NCBI GenBank assembly: GCA_934130165.1
Contig: CAKOXO010000002.1
Span: forward strand, 261,632-325,631
Length of the DNA: 64,000 bases
DNA from: an uncultured Bacilli bacterium
GTDB lineage: Bacteria > Bacillota_I > Bacilli_A > RF39 > UBA660
Reading direction: 5' to 3'
The first letter of the stretch is position 1; each line of letters begins with the position of its first letter. The notes under the pieces are model-generated. The model had not been told where the DNA came from, searched no databases, and saw only the letters and a program-made list of their open reading frames with translations. Positions 1 through 9,266 of the stretch are shown piece after piece. The position numbers and the translations under genes were made by a program.

Positions 1-111
1 CTCCACCAAAATTCAGTACTTTCAAGATAAATTTAATAATTAAATATATAAACATTATGATATTATATAGTTATTAAGGAAATAATATAAAAAATAAAAA
101 GTGGTGATTCT

Positions 112-960
112 ATGATATTATATAAAAACACTTTTGATAATATTAAAACTGTTGGATATAATGTTCCAATTGAGGATAGTTACTACTGTAAAAATAATTT
201 TGCTGTTGTTGCTGATGGTATAACTAGGGATCCAAATGGTATAAAATATTTTGATTCTACCTCATTTGAAGAAAAAATTAATAATTATCCTAACCCAAGC
301 GGTGCTAGTATGGCAGCAAATTTAATTTGTAAAACATTTGAAGAAAACTATAACGGTATTATTAGCAAAAAGCTATCACTAAAGGAAGCTTTTATAAAGG
401 CTAATAAAGAAGTTAAAAAATTAAATAACGCACACATTAAAGTATGTGATTATTTAGAAAGTGATTATTATGGAGCAGTTGGTGCTTCTGCACTAATTGA
501 AAATAACAACTTATATTACAGTTATATTTGTGATTGTGGAGTTGCAGTTTTTGATAAGAATGGAAAGTTAGCATTCAAAACTGAAGATGATATGGAAAAA
601 GTTAACAAACACTTTGATACTGGCTCCTTTAATTGGAATCAACCTGAAGCTAGAATAATTGTTAGAAAAGACTACCGTAATAATCCAAATAATAAATATT
701 CATATGGAGCAATAACTGGTGAAAGAGAATTTGAGCATTATCTAAAGGAAGGTTCTTTAAAATTAAATGATAATGACATAGTTATAGTATATAGTGATGG
801 TTTTGCTAATTACTTGTTTGATAAAGATTTTTATAATAATTTAATAAATCTAATCAATAAAGATTACTCTACTTTTCAAAACTATTTAGAAAAAATGGGT
901 AGTAAAGATTACAGAAAATACGGAAAAGAAAAAACATTGGTGGTGATTAAAAATGGATGA
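112..960 (+). CDS. PP2C-family (PP2C_2/SpoIIE-like) protein phosphatase-like protein
   Basis: 282-aa ORF with RBS AGTGGTGA upstream. Motifs AVVADGITRD and VIVYSDGFANYL resemble the metal-binding Asp motifs of PP2C-like phosphatases. The canonical DGMGG is absent. Confidence 0.5.
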   Translation: MILYKNTFDNIKTVGYNVPIEDSYYCKNNFAVVADGITRDPNGIKYFDSTSFEEKINNYPNPSGASMAANLICKTFEENYNGIISKKLSLKEAFIKANKEVKKLNNAHIKVCDYLESDYYGAVGASALIENNNLYYSYICDCGVAVFDKNGKLAFKTEDDMEKVNKHFDTGSFNWNQPEARIIVRKDYRNNPNNKYSYGAITGEREFEHYLKEGSLKLNDNDIVIVYSDGFANYLFDKDFYNNLINLINKDYSTFQNYLEKMGSKDYRKYGKEKTLVVIKNG

Positions 961-1897
961 TTTGATTTCTAAAATAAGTTTTTTCAGTGATAAAGCAATA
1001 TTTGAAACAATTAGTGATAGTAATTCTGGCGCTATATTAAAAAAAGTTAAAGATAAAAATGATACTTACTTTTTAAAAATAGTTCAAAATAACAGTGTAG
1101 ATATTAATAGAATCCAAAAGATAATAGAAATTTATGATAAATATGATATAAATACCATTAAATTATTAGATTATGGATATATAGATAATAAAGTATATTT
1201 AATTTATAATTTTATTGATGGCTTTGCATTAAATACAGTTTATGATAAATATGATGTTAACGACTACAGTAATATGGGATTTAATATAGGATCCAGCTAT
1301 AAAAAAATCAATTTCAAACATGAATTTGATAATGACTTTGTAAACAATTATGATTTAAATACTTTGGTGAATGAATGTATAAATTCATTTAAAAATGTAT
1401 ATAATGGGAAATTATCATATATAAAAAATATAATTAATGAAAAAAGAATGACGAATATTATTAATAGAATGAAAGAGCTTACTTCTTCATTCAATAATGA
1501 AAAAAAAGCCTATATTCATGCTGATATGCATCCTAAAAATATCATGATTGATAATAATCAAAATTTATATATAATTGATATTGAGTCATTTTGCATTGAC
1601 TATTTTGTAATGAATGTAAGATGGTCTATAATAGCAGCTTTTAGAAATAAGGAGAATAACGAATTTTTCAAAGGTTTTATTAATGGTTATTATGATAATA
1701 ACATCCCAGATAGTTTTAACAAGCAATTAATATTTATTACAATATTTAATTTTTTAGAACATACTATTGAATTTAGTAAAACTAAAGAGAAAGAATTCAT
1801 CATTGACTATATCTCTAAAATAAATCTTCTATTTAATAGTGTAGACTTATTTAGTGACAATAACATTTTAGATAATACAACAATCTTTAATAAATAA
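953..1897 (+). CDS. Kinase-fold phosphotransferase (APH/choline-kinase family)
   Basis: 314 aa. Catalytic loop YIHADMHPKNIMID followed by LYIIDIESF (HxDxxxxN ... D motif of the aminoglycoside/small-molecule phosphotransferase family). Its ATG overlaps the upstream stop (ATGGATGA). Confidence 0.65.
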   Translation: MDDLISKISFFSDKAIFETISDSNSGAILKKVKDKNDTYFLKIVQNNSVDINRIQKIIEIYDKYDINTIKLLDYGYIDNKVYLIYNFIDGFALNTVYDKYDVNDYSNMGFNIGSSYKKINFKHEFDNDFVNNYDLNTLVNECINSFKNVYNGKLSYIKNIINEKRMTNIINRMKELTSSFNNEKKAYIHADMHPKNIMIDNNQNLYIIDIESFCIDYFVMNVRWSIIAAFRNKENNEFFKGFINGYYDNNIPDSFNKQLIFITIFNFLEHTIEFSKTKEKEFIIDYISKINLLFNSVDLFSDNNILDNTTIFNK

Positions 1898-1970
1898 GAA
1901 ATATATATAATCTGAATTCCTTGTTCTATATTATTTTATAACTATGATATAATTGTATCAGGTGATTATT

Positions 1971-2768
1971 TTGAATATTTATAAATGTTTAAATGAAATA
2001 ACAAAATATATAGATGATAACTTAGAAAATAAAATAGATTATGATGTTCTGGCAAAAATCATGGGAGTAAATTCATATACAATGCACAGAATATTTTCAT
2101 TAATATTTGGTATTTCCTTAGCTGAATATATAAGAAAAAGAAGATTATCAAATGCAGGTTATGACTTATATGAAACAAATGCTAAGGTTATGGATATTGC
2201 AATTAAATATCAATACGATAATGCTACATCTTTTTCAAGAGCATTTGAAAATTTTCATAATATTAAACCTAGTCAAGTAAATAAAATATCAAAACTTAAA
2301 AGTTTTCCTAGAATTATACTTAATGAAGAAATAACAGTAACTAATGAAATTGAATATAAAATAATAAAAAAAGATGAATTGATTTTGTATGGATTAGGTA
2401 TTAAAACTAATAATGAAAATATTGGTATAGATGCACCCAATTTCTTTAAAGATATAGAATTTAAAAATAAAGAAAAATATGGAAAAATAAAATTTGGTAT
2501 GATTACTTATGATGATGAATTAAGAGAAACTTGTAATGGCTATTATATTCTCTATGATAAAAAAATTGATAGATTAGAAAAGATAGTAATACCCAAAAGC
2601 AAATGGCTTGTATTTAGAATTAATTCTCAAAATCCTAAAGATATACAAGAAATGTCTCATAAATTTTATTTGGAATTTCTACCATCCTGTAAATATAATT
2701 TAAAAGAAATTCCTGAATTAGAATATTATCATGATGGAATAACTGATTTTTTAGTACCTATATATTAA
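1971..2768 (+). CDS. AraC-family transcriptional regulator with GyrI-like effector domain
   Basis: HTH signature YDNATSFSRAFENFHNIKPSQV and RKRRLSNAGYDL, with a C-terminal ~150-aa GyrI-like region. The ORF track opens at TTG 1953. TTG 1971 lies 6 nt after CAGGTGA and is the likelier start. Confidence 0.8.
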   Translation: MNIYKCLNEITKYIDDNLENKIDYDVLAKIMGVNSYTMHRIFSLIFGISLAEYIRKRRLSNAGYDLYETNAKVMDIAIKYQYDNATSFSRAFENFHNIKPSQVNKISKLKSFPRIILNEEITVTNEIEYKIIKKDELILYGLGIKTNNENIGIDAPNFFKDIEFKNKEKYGKIKFGMITYDDELRETCNGYYILYDKKIDRLEKIVIPKSKWLVFRINSQNPKDIQEMSHKFYLEFLPSCKYNLKEIPELEYYHDGITDFLVPIY

Positions 2769-2806
2769 ACTGACAAATTTGGTAAACTAAAAGTCAGTTT
2801 TTTATT
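2768..2806 (+). terminator. Putative rho-independent terminator after the AraC gene
   Basis: AACTGAC (2768-2774) pairs with GTCAGTT (2793-2799) and is followed by a T-run. The loop is long (18 nt). Confidence 0.45.
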
Positions 2807-2844
2807 TTCGTTTTTTGATACAATTCTATTAGAGGTGACTGATT

Positions 2845-4701
2845 ATGGGATTAACATCAGAAATTTACCTTACCAAGAAACATATATCAAAAGATGAATG
2901 GCTAGAATTAATAAGGGTTATATCAAATTATAATGGATTATTTAAAAAATGGAAAATAATTATTAAAAATGATAAAAATCAAATAAGATATTTTGTAAAA
3001 ACAAAATGTAGTTTACCTTCTACAATTAATAGTTTAAGTTCTTTTTTATTAAAGTCTGTAAATGATATTAACCTACCCAATCCTAATATTAATTTACCTT
3101 TTATAATAAAACTTGGAAGTAACATTGTTGATATAATAAACTATATAGAGATTAAAAATAAAGGAAAGTTAAAATTTTTAGAAATAACTTTTCAAAAATT
3201 ATATGAAAACAAAATAAAATCAAATACAAGATTTTATCTAAATAAAAATGGAATTATTAAAAGATATAAAGCTATATTTTGCTTACCTACCGATATTTTA
3301 TCTGTAAATTTTGATTGTAATAGAAGGTATTTTTATAAAAATGCACCAAAGTATTTAGATATTAATAAAATTTTACACTTATTAAATACAGATTCAAATT
3401 CTTCCATATTGAAGATTGATACTTTTCCTTATTTGCAGGGAGATTTTTACTTAAATCAAAATAGTTATAATTTTGACAAACACTCCATTGTGTTGGGGTC
3501 CAGTGGATGTGGAAAATCTAAATTCATAAGTCTACTTATAAAAAATATTTATAAAAATAACACTTTAAAACAGAAATATAAAATTGTTGTAGTTGATCCA
3601 CATGCATCTTTAGAAAATGATATTGGTGGTATAAGTAAAGTCATCGATTTTAAAAACACATTAGATAGTATAGATTTATTTATCAATAATAGTGATGATG
3701 TTATTTCTTCAACTGAACTATTATTAGAACTTTTAAAATCTTTAATTGCCGATCAATATAATTCTAAACTTGAAAGAGTTTTAAGACATAGTATTCATAT
3801 ATTACTTACAAATGAATCATTTAATTTTAGAAATTTAAGAAAATTATTACTTGATTTGGAATATAGAAATTCATTAATAAAAGAACTTAAATATAAATTA
3901 CCTATTAGTGTTATAGATTTCTTTTTATCAGATTTTAACGATTTAAAAACCAAATCTTATGGAGAATCTATTTCACCAATTATAGCATTTATTGATGAGA
4001 TGGAAATGCTCCCTGTATTTAACGAACAAAAAACTAAAGAGAATTTAAAAGATACCATTTATAATAATTTTCTAACTTTATTTTCTTTAGATAGAACAAA
4101 ACTAGGAGATAAAGTTACTAAAACTATTTCTGGATTAGTAATGCAACAACTATTAACTATAATTGAAAGACGAGAAATAAATGAACACATTATATTTATA
4201 GTGGATGAAGTTGCTGTTATAGAAAATCCCATTTTATCAAGATTCCTATCTGAAGCTAGGAAATACAATTTGTCATTAATTTTGGCAGGTCAATATTTTA
4301 ACCAAATTTCTGAAAATCTAAAAAATTCTATTTTTGCTAATGTAGTTAACTATTACATATTTAGAGTATCTAAATTAGATGCTAATGTATTAGTAGATAA
4401 TTTTAATATGAAAATACCACTAGATAATACAAGAGAAAGAAAAATAAAAGTTTTAACTGAATTAAATAATCGGGAATGTATTGTTAGAATTGATTCAAAT
4501 GGAATATTACTACCTGCATTTAAAGCAACAACCTTGAATTATATTAGTGTTCCTAGAATTAAAAATAATACTCAAACAAAAATAACTAATAATAATACTC
4601 CAATTTTATTTAAAGAAAATAGTAAATTTAAAATAGGAAATAATATAAATTTAAAAGACATATTAATATCTAATTCATCAAGTAGAAAGGTTGTGAAATA
4701 A
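2845..4701 (+). CDS. HerA/FtsK/TraG-superfamily P-loop ATPase (DUF87-like) with an unrecognised ~215-aa N-terminal region
   Basis: 618 aa, RBS AGAGGTGA. Walker A is LGSSGCGKSKF, then VVVDPHASLEN (DPHGEY-type motif), Walker B IIFIVDEVAVIE, and ARKYNLSLILAGQYFNQIS (RK[FY]G..hh..Q motif). No transmembrane segment. Confidence 0.7.
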   Translation: MGLTSEIYLTKKHISKDEWLELIRVISNYNGLFKKWKIIIKNDKNQIRYFVKTKCSLPSTINSLSSFLLKSVNDINLPNPNINLPFIIKLGSNIVDIINYIEIKNKGKLKFLEITFQKLYENKIKSNTRFYLNKNGIIKRYKAIFCLPTDILSVNFDCNRRYFYKNAPKYLDINKILHLLNTDSNSSILKIDTFPYLQGDFYLNQNSYNFDKHSIVLGSSGCGKSKFISLLIKNIYKNNTLKQKYKIVVVDPHASLENDIGGISKVIDFKNTLDSIDLFINNSDDVISSTELLLELLKSLIADQYNSKLERVLRHSIHILLTNESFNFRNLRKLLLDLEYRNSLIKELKYKLPISVIDFFLSDFNDLKTKSYGESISPIIAFIDEMEMLPVFNEQKTKENLKDTIYNNFLTLFSLDRTKLGDKVTKTISGLVMQQLLTIIERREINEHIIFIVDEVAVIENPILSRFLSEARKYNLSLILAGQYFNQISENLKNSIFANVVNYYIFRVSKLDANVLVDNFNMKIPLDNTRERKIKVLTELNNRECIVRIDSNGILLPAFKATTLNYISVPRIKNNTQTKITNNNTPILFKENSKFKIGNNINLKDILISNSSSRKVVK

Positions 4702-5400
4702 ATGAATGATAATATTGCCTTAGAAATTGTTGATAAAATATTCAGTGATGTTTTTAATAGAAATAATAAATATTCATTAAGTGAATTGTTAGAAACATTT
4801 GCTTTTGATATAAAACTGCCAAAACAGGTTAATGATTCAACAACTAATGAAGTAACATGGGCAGATTCAATTAATAGTGGTAAATTTATTACTAATGCCA
4901 ATATGACAAAAAGAGATTCAACAATTGGTTGGATGTTATCTAAAAAGAAATTTAACAGTCTACAAGAATTAGTAGAAATTTGGAATTCTATAAATCTAAC
5001 CACAACAGAAAGGGTTTATGATTCTATTAATACAGTTAAAAGTGATACTATTTATAGATGCGAAAACGTTTATAGGTGTACAGGTTGTAGTGATTCAAAA
5101 AATATCATATATTGTGATTCTTGTGGAAATTGTGAATATATATTAGGATCACAAAGATCTGTGAATTGTAATTTCTGTATAAGAACCGATGATTCTAAAA
5201 ATTGCAGTAATAGTTACAATATAATTTGTTCCAATAAAGTTGGCAATTGTTTATTTATACAGGATTGTTTTAACTTATATGAATGTATGTTTTGTTCTCA
5301 TATTGCTAACAAAAGATTTTGTATAGCTAATATGCAATTTGAAGAAGAAGAATATTATGAAATTAAAAAAGCAATTATTGATTGGATTTTAAACTCCTAA
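4702..5400 (+). CDS. Cysteine-rich repeat protein of unknown function
   Basis: 232 aa. The ATG directly abuts the TAA of the ATPase gene (4699-4704 TAAATG). There are 15 Cys in the last ~95 aa, in 8-10-residue quasi-repeats (YRCENVYRCTGCSDSKNIIYCDSCGNCEY...NCNFC...KNCSNSYNIIC...), ending FCIANMQFEEEEYYEIKK. Confidence 0.6.
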   Translation: MNDNIALEIVDKIFSDVFNRNNKYSLSELLETFAFDIKLPKQVNDSTTNEVTWADSINSGKFITNANMTKRDSTIGWMLSKKKFNSLQELVEIWNSINLTTTERVYDSINTVKSDTIYRCENVYRCTGCSDSKNIIYCDSCGNCEYILGSQRSVNCNFCIRTDDSKNCSNSYNIICSNKVGNCLFIQDCFNLYECMFCSHIANKRFCIANMQFEEEEYYEIKKAIIDWILNS

Positions 5401-5479
5401 TAATTGCTTTGTTTTTTATTCTTTCAATATATAATTTAGCTATATAGCCTACCAACATCCTATTTTGGTATATTTTAAA

Positions 5480-6202
5480 TTATTTATTGTTATTTATTTC
5501 CATTAAATGTTTAAGCTTATCTGGAAAATTAACAGTCATTCCATCTATATCAAGTTTATAAACATCCTTCATTATTTTTTCGTCCAAAACTCCCCAAAGT
5601 CTTACTTCAAGCCCATTTTTTTTAGCTAACTCTATGTCATTTTTTGTAACATTACTAGCTTTAGGACATATTTGAGTTTCCTTAATTTTCAATAGTCTTT
5701 CTATATTATTTTTATTAATGCTATCCTCTATCAACCAAGATAATTTTATATCTGAATCAAGTTTTCTCATATTTTCAAGTGCTTTATATTTAAAAGATGT
5801 TATATAAATATTATTATGTGTTGCATATTTTTTTATAATGTTCAGTGTTTCTTTTTCTATTCCTTCTTCTTTTAGTTCTATAGCAAAAGTTAGTTTTTTT
5901 GGTAAAAACTTTTTTGCAAAATCTTCAAATAAAACAATATTTTCATTTTTATATTTTAAACTAAACCAGCTTCCAAAATCAAAACCTAATAATTCTTGAT
6001 AAGTATAATCACTTATTTTTCCTGTTTTATTAGATTTTTTATCAATTTCACTATCATGAAAAATTACAATTTTCCCATCTTTTGTCATTTGTAAATCTAA
6101 TTCAATTCCATTTGCTCCTAACTGTAATGCCCTATCAAATGCTGGCATTGTATTTTCTGGTGCATATTCTGAGGCACCTCTATGTGCATAGTTAATAAAC
6201 AT
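5480..6202 (-). CDS. Glycerophosphodiester phosphodiesterase (GDPD family, cytoplasmic type)
   Basis: N-terminus YAHRGASEYAPENTMPAFDRALQLGANGIELDLQMTKDGKIVIFHD is the classic GDPD active-site region. No signal peptide. Confidence 0.85.
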   Translation of the reverse strand: MFINYAHRGASEYAPENTMPAFDRALQLGANGIELDLQMTKDGKIVIFHDSEIDKKSNKTGKISDYTYQELLGFDFGSWFSLKYKNENIVLFEDFAKKFLPKKLTFAIELKEEGIEKETLNIIKKYATHNNIYITSFKYKALENMRKLDSDIKLSWLIEDSINKNNIERLLKIKETQICPKASNVTKNDIELAKKNGLEVRLWGVLDEKIMKDVYKLDIDGMTVNFPDKLKHLMEINNNK

Positions 6203-6293
6203 AAGTGAACATCTCCATTTTACATATTACATAACAAAATTATACTATAAAACAACAATATTCTCTATACTCTTATTCAATAAAAAAAACTAA

Positions 6294-7163
6294 TTACTTT
6301 ATCAAATAATCAATAAATTTATTACAACTATTACTCAATATATTGTTTTTCAAAGTAATAATCCCATAAGAAATTTTAGGTGTTTCTGGAATTGTTTTTA
6401 TAATAAATAAACTTTTATTTTTTAATTCCTTTTCAATATATAGTTTAGTTATATATCCTACTCCATATCCTATTTTAGTAAAATCTGTAAGTAAAGATGA
6501 ACTTCCAATATTTAATTTAGAATCTATTTCTATATTATTTTCTTTAAACAATTTCTTTGAACTAAAATAAGAATTTGATGGTTCCCTTTGAAGTAATATA
6601 GGATAATTTATTAAATCACATAATTTAATAGGTTGTTTAATTCTATTATATAAATCTTTATTAGCAACAAATTCGTATGAAGACTCACCCATTTTAATAA
6701 AATTTAAGTCTTTATCCAAAGTAGTTGGTAATTTACAAACAACTAAATCAAGTAGTCCATTTTGTAAAAGTTTAATATTATCTTTAGTTGTATTGGTACT
6801 AATCTCAATTTTTACATTAGGATATTTTTTATAAAAAGTATTTATATAATCCATTAATATTCTTACTAAACTAGTGCTTATTCCAATTCTAATTATTCCA
6901 CAGTCATTATCATTATAATTTTTTATTTCATTTTCCACATTATTAAAAATAGTTAATGCATTTTTTATTTCTAAAAATATTTTTTGTCCTATTGGTGTTA
7001 ATATTACTCCTTTTCTTGTTCTATTAAACAAAATTACGCCTAATGATTCTTCAAGATTTTTAATATGTTTTGTTATAGCTGGTTGTGATATATTTAACTC
7101 CTTACTAGCTTTTGTTATATTTTGATTAACCGCTACAATATAAAAGATTCTATATAATTCCAT
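6294..7163 (-). CDS. LysR-family transcriptional regulator
   Basis: HTH region NITKASKELNISQPAITKHIKNLEESLGVILFNR plus a C-terminal substrate-binding domain. The ORF opens at TTG 7184. The ATG at 7163 gives the typical MELYRIFY N-terminus. Confidence 0.85.
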   Translation of the reverse strand: MELYRIFYIVAVNQNITKASKELNISQPAITKHIKNLEESLGVILFNRTRKGVILTPIGQKIFLEIKNALTIFNNVENEIKNYNDNDCGIIRIGISTSLVRILMDYINTFYKKYPNVKIEISTNTTKDNIKLLQNGLLDLVVCKLPTTLDKDLNFIKMGESSYEFVANKDLYNRIKQPIKLCDLINYPILLQREPSNSYFSSKKLFKENNIEIDSKLNIGSSSLLTDFTKIGYGVGYITKLYIEKELKNKSLFIIKTIPETPKISYGIITLKNNILSNSCNKFIDYLIK

Positions 7164-7196
7164 ATTTATCACTTTCATCACCAAATTTATTATATC

Positions 7197-7211
7197 ATAA
7201 CTAAAAGTTAT
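7197..7211. promoter_or_regulatory. Candidate LysR box (ATAAC-N5-GTTAT, a T-N11-A type site)
   Basis: Dyad ATAACTAAAAGTTAT in the divergent intergenic region between the LysR gene and the HD hydrolase gene. Confidence 0.35.
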
Positions 7212-7281
7212 TGCATATATACACTATTTGTATTTTTAATTATTATAATTTTATTATATATTGGCATTGGAGGTAGGGAAT

Positions 7282-8103
7282 ATGGAAAAAGAAAGAAGAA
7301 AATATTTATTAAATAAAGGAGATAAAAATAAACACTCATATTTGATTATTATTGTTGATAATAGTGAAATAATACCAAATCAAATAACAAGGTATGTCAA
7401 TAGAGATGAAGATATAGGCGATATACTGTTTCAATATGCATGTAATCCCAATTTAAAAATATCTAATATATATAATTACGATATGGAGTTAGATGCTCAA
7501 ATCAATGAAAGCAATCCCTATCACGTAATAGCACCATACAATAAAATGGAAGAAGCATATAATTTTGCAAAACAAAAACATGAAGGACAAATTAGAAAAG
7601 ATGGTAGTGCATACATTAATCACCCTAAAAAAGTTGCCGAAATTGTTAAAAAGTATTTTTCATATCACTCTAGAGTTAACGAACTTATAACTGCTGCTTA
7701 TTTGCATGATGTCGTTGAGGATACTGATACTACTATAGAAGAAATTAGAGAAAAATTTGGAGAATATGTAGCTTATTTAGTTAATGGAGTTACAAATAAT
7801 GACATACAAAAAAAGAGGATGGGCAAAACTAATTATTTATGCAATAAAATGTTACATATGGATGAAGATGTTCTAAATTTAAAATTATGTGATAGATTAT
7901 CTAACACTTTAGATTTATGTAATGCAAATAAGGATTTTGCTGAAAAATATGAAACAGAAACCACAATTATTTTAAATTATTTATTAACTAATAAAAAGCT
8001 AACCAGTAGTCAAAGAGAACTTACAAAAAGGATAAATTCTGAAATTAATAATTTAAGACAACAAAATATTCTGCAATTAACTAGAAATCAAAAACATTCA
8101 TAA
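7282..8103 (+). CDS. RelA/SpoT-type HD-domain hydrolase (stand-alone small alarmone hydrolase-like) with N-terminal extension
   Basis: HEGQIRKDGSAYINHPKKVAEIV ... AAYLHDVVEDTDTTIEEI matches the (p)ppGpp hydrolase HD domain. No synthetase domain. GGAGGTAGGG RBS precedes the ATG at 7282 (the ORF track starts at TTG 7261). Confidence 0.7.
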   Translation: MEKERRKYLLNKGDKNKHSYLIIIVDNSEIIPNQITRYVNRDEDIGDILFQYACNPNLKISNIYNYDMELDAQINESNPYHVIAPYNKMEEAYNFAKQKHEGQIRKDGSAYINHPKKVAEIVKKYFSYHSRVNELITAAYLHDVVEDTDTTIEEIREKFGEYVAYLVNGVTNNDIQKKRMGKTNYLCNKMLHMDEDVLNLKLCDRLSNTLDLCNANKDFAEKYETETTIILNYLLTNKKLTSSQRELTKRINSEINNLRQQNILQLTRNQKHS

Positions 8104-8109
8104 AAAAAA

Positions 8110-8137
8110 CTTCCATATTTATGGAAGTGATTTTTTA
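8110..8137. terminator. Bidirectional rho-independent terminator
   Basis: CTTCCATA/TATGGAAG hairpin (8110-8127) flanked by an A-run upstream and a T-run downstream. It sits between convergent genes. Confidence 0.7.
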
Positions 8138-8152
8138 TTTTTAAAAAGAAGA

Positions 8153-9067
8153 TTAATTTTTATAATTTAATAACTCTAGTTTCAATTTATCATATGCTTT
8201 AGTTTCTAATTTTGATTTTTTCTTTAATTTTTCAAATTCATTATTCAAGAGTATAAATTCCTCTTTTGCACTCATTGCATGATCTGATATACATATTTTA
8301 CCTATAAAGTTAGAAAACATAAATCTATAAATAAATGCACATAAATTTTTCCTATTAACACAGTTTTCATATTCACCTTTAGGAAGTATTTCATAACCTA
8401 ATTTTTTAAGAACATCATATCCTTCAATAATTGCATCCATAATCAATAAAGAGTATTCTTTATCCTTTTTTAGTAATTTTAAATTTCCATTTAATTTATA
8501 ACTTGCAAACACAAGTGGAAGAACAGCACAAGCATGTGTTTTAAGATAATCATTCATCCTATTTTCTATAGTTACTTTTATTTTTGTTTTTCTAAATATG
8601 GATTTTATAAATTCATCACTTATATTCTTTCCATCTACTCTCCCAATTTCAATTTTATTTAAACAAATTGAATTGATATATCCATCACATTTCTTACCAG
8701 CTGCCATAAAGAATGCAAATAATACATTTTTATTTTTAATATCCATATATTTTTCTACAGACATATTATTACCTACAAATACTATATTTCTACTTTTATT
8801 GTTTTCTATAATTGGAACAATACTGTCTAAAGATGAAAATCTAGAAACTATGAATATTACGTCATAAATATCATTTTTATCTAACTTTTCTATTACATTG
8901 AAATGATCTATAGTTTTTTTACCTAGTTTATGTTTTATAATAAGTCCATTACTTTTCAAATTCTCTTAAGTTTTATTTTTAGCCAAAATAGTTACATCGT
9001 TTCCCTTTTTTATAGAATGCGCCAGATTTGATCCAAGTACACCAGCACCAATAATTAATACTTTCAT
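8153..9067 (-). pseudogene. Ketopantoate reductase (ApbA/PanE)-like NAD(P)-dependent oxidoreductase interrupted by an in-frame TAA
   Basis: ATG at 9067 encodes MKVLIIGAGVLGSNLAHSIKKGNDVTILAKNKT (GxGxxG Rossmann start). TAA follows at 8966-8968. The same frame then continues as ENLKSNGLIIKHK... into ORF 8153-8959. Confidence 0.65.
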
Positions 9068-9266
9068 TTTAAAACAATCCCTTTCTGTAATACATTTTCA
9101 CATATATTATTTAATAATTAAAATTAATCTTCTATATATACCACCATAATTATACTATTTTTCTTTAATATTTTCCATATTTCACTATTTTTTATACATA
9201 ATTGTAATTAATAATCTTAATATAATACAAAAAAAGAAGATTTAAGTAATAATACTTTAAATCATT

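Noticed and set aside
2845-4701. HerA/TraG-like ATPase as evidence of an integrated conjugative element or prophage.
   Set aside because: I could not recognise a relaxase, T4SS component, integrase, portal/terminase or att-like repeat anywhere in the flanking 10 kb. The protein also lacks the N-terminal TM helices of coupling proteins. This is not fully excluded and is listed as a refutation route in the finding.
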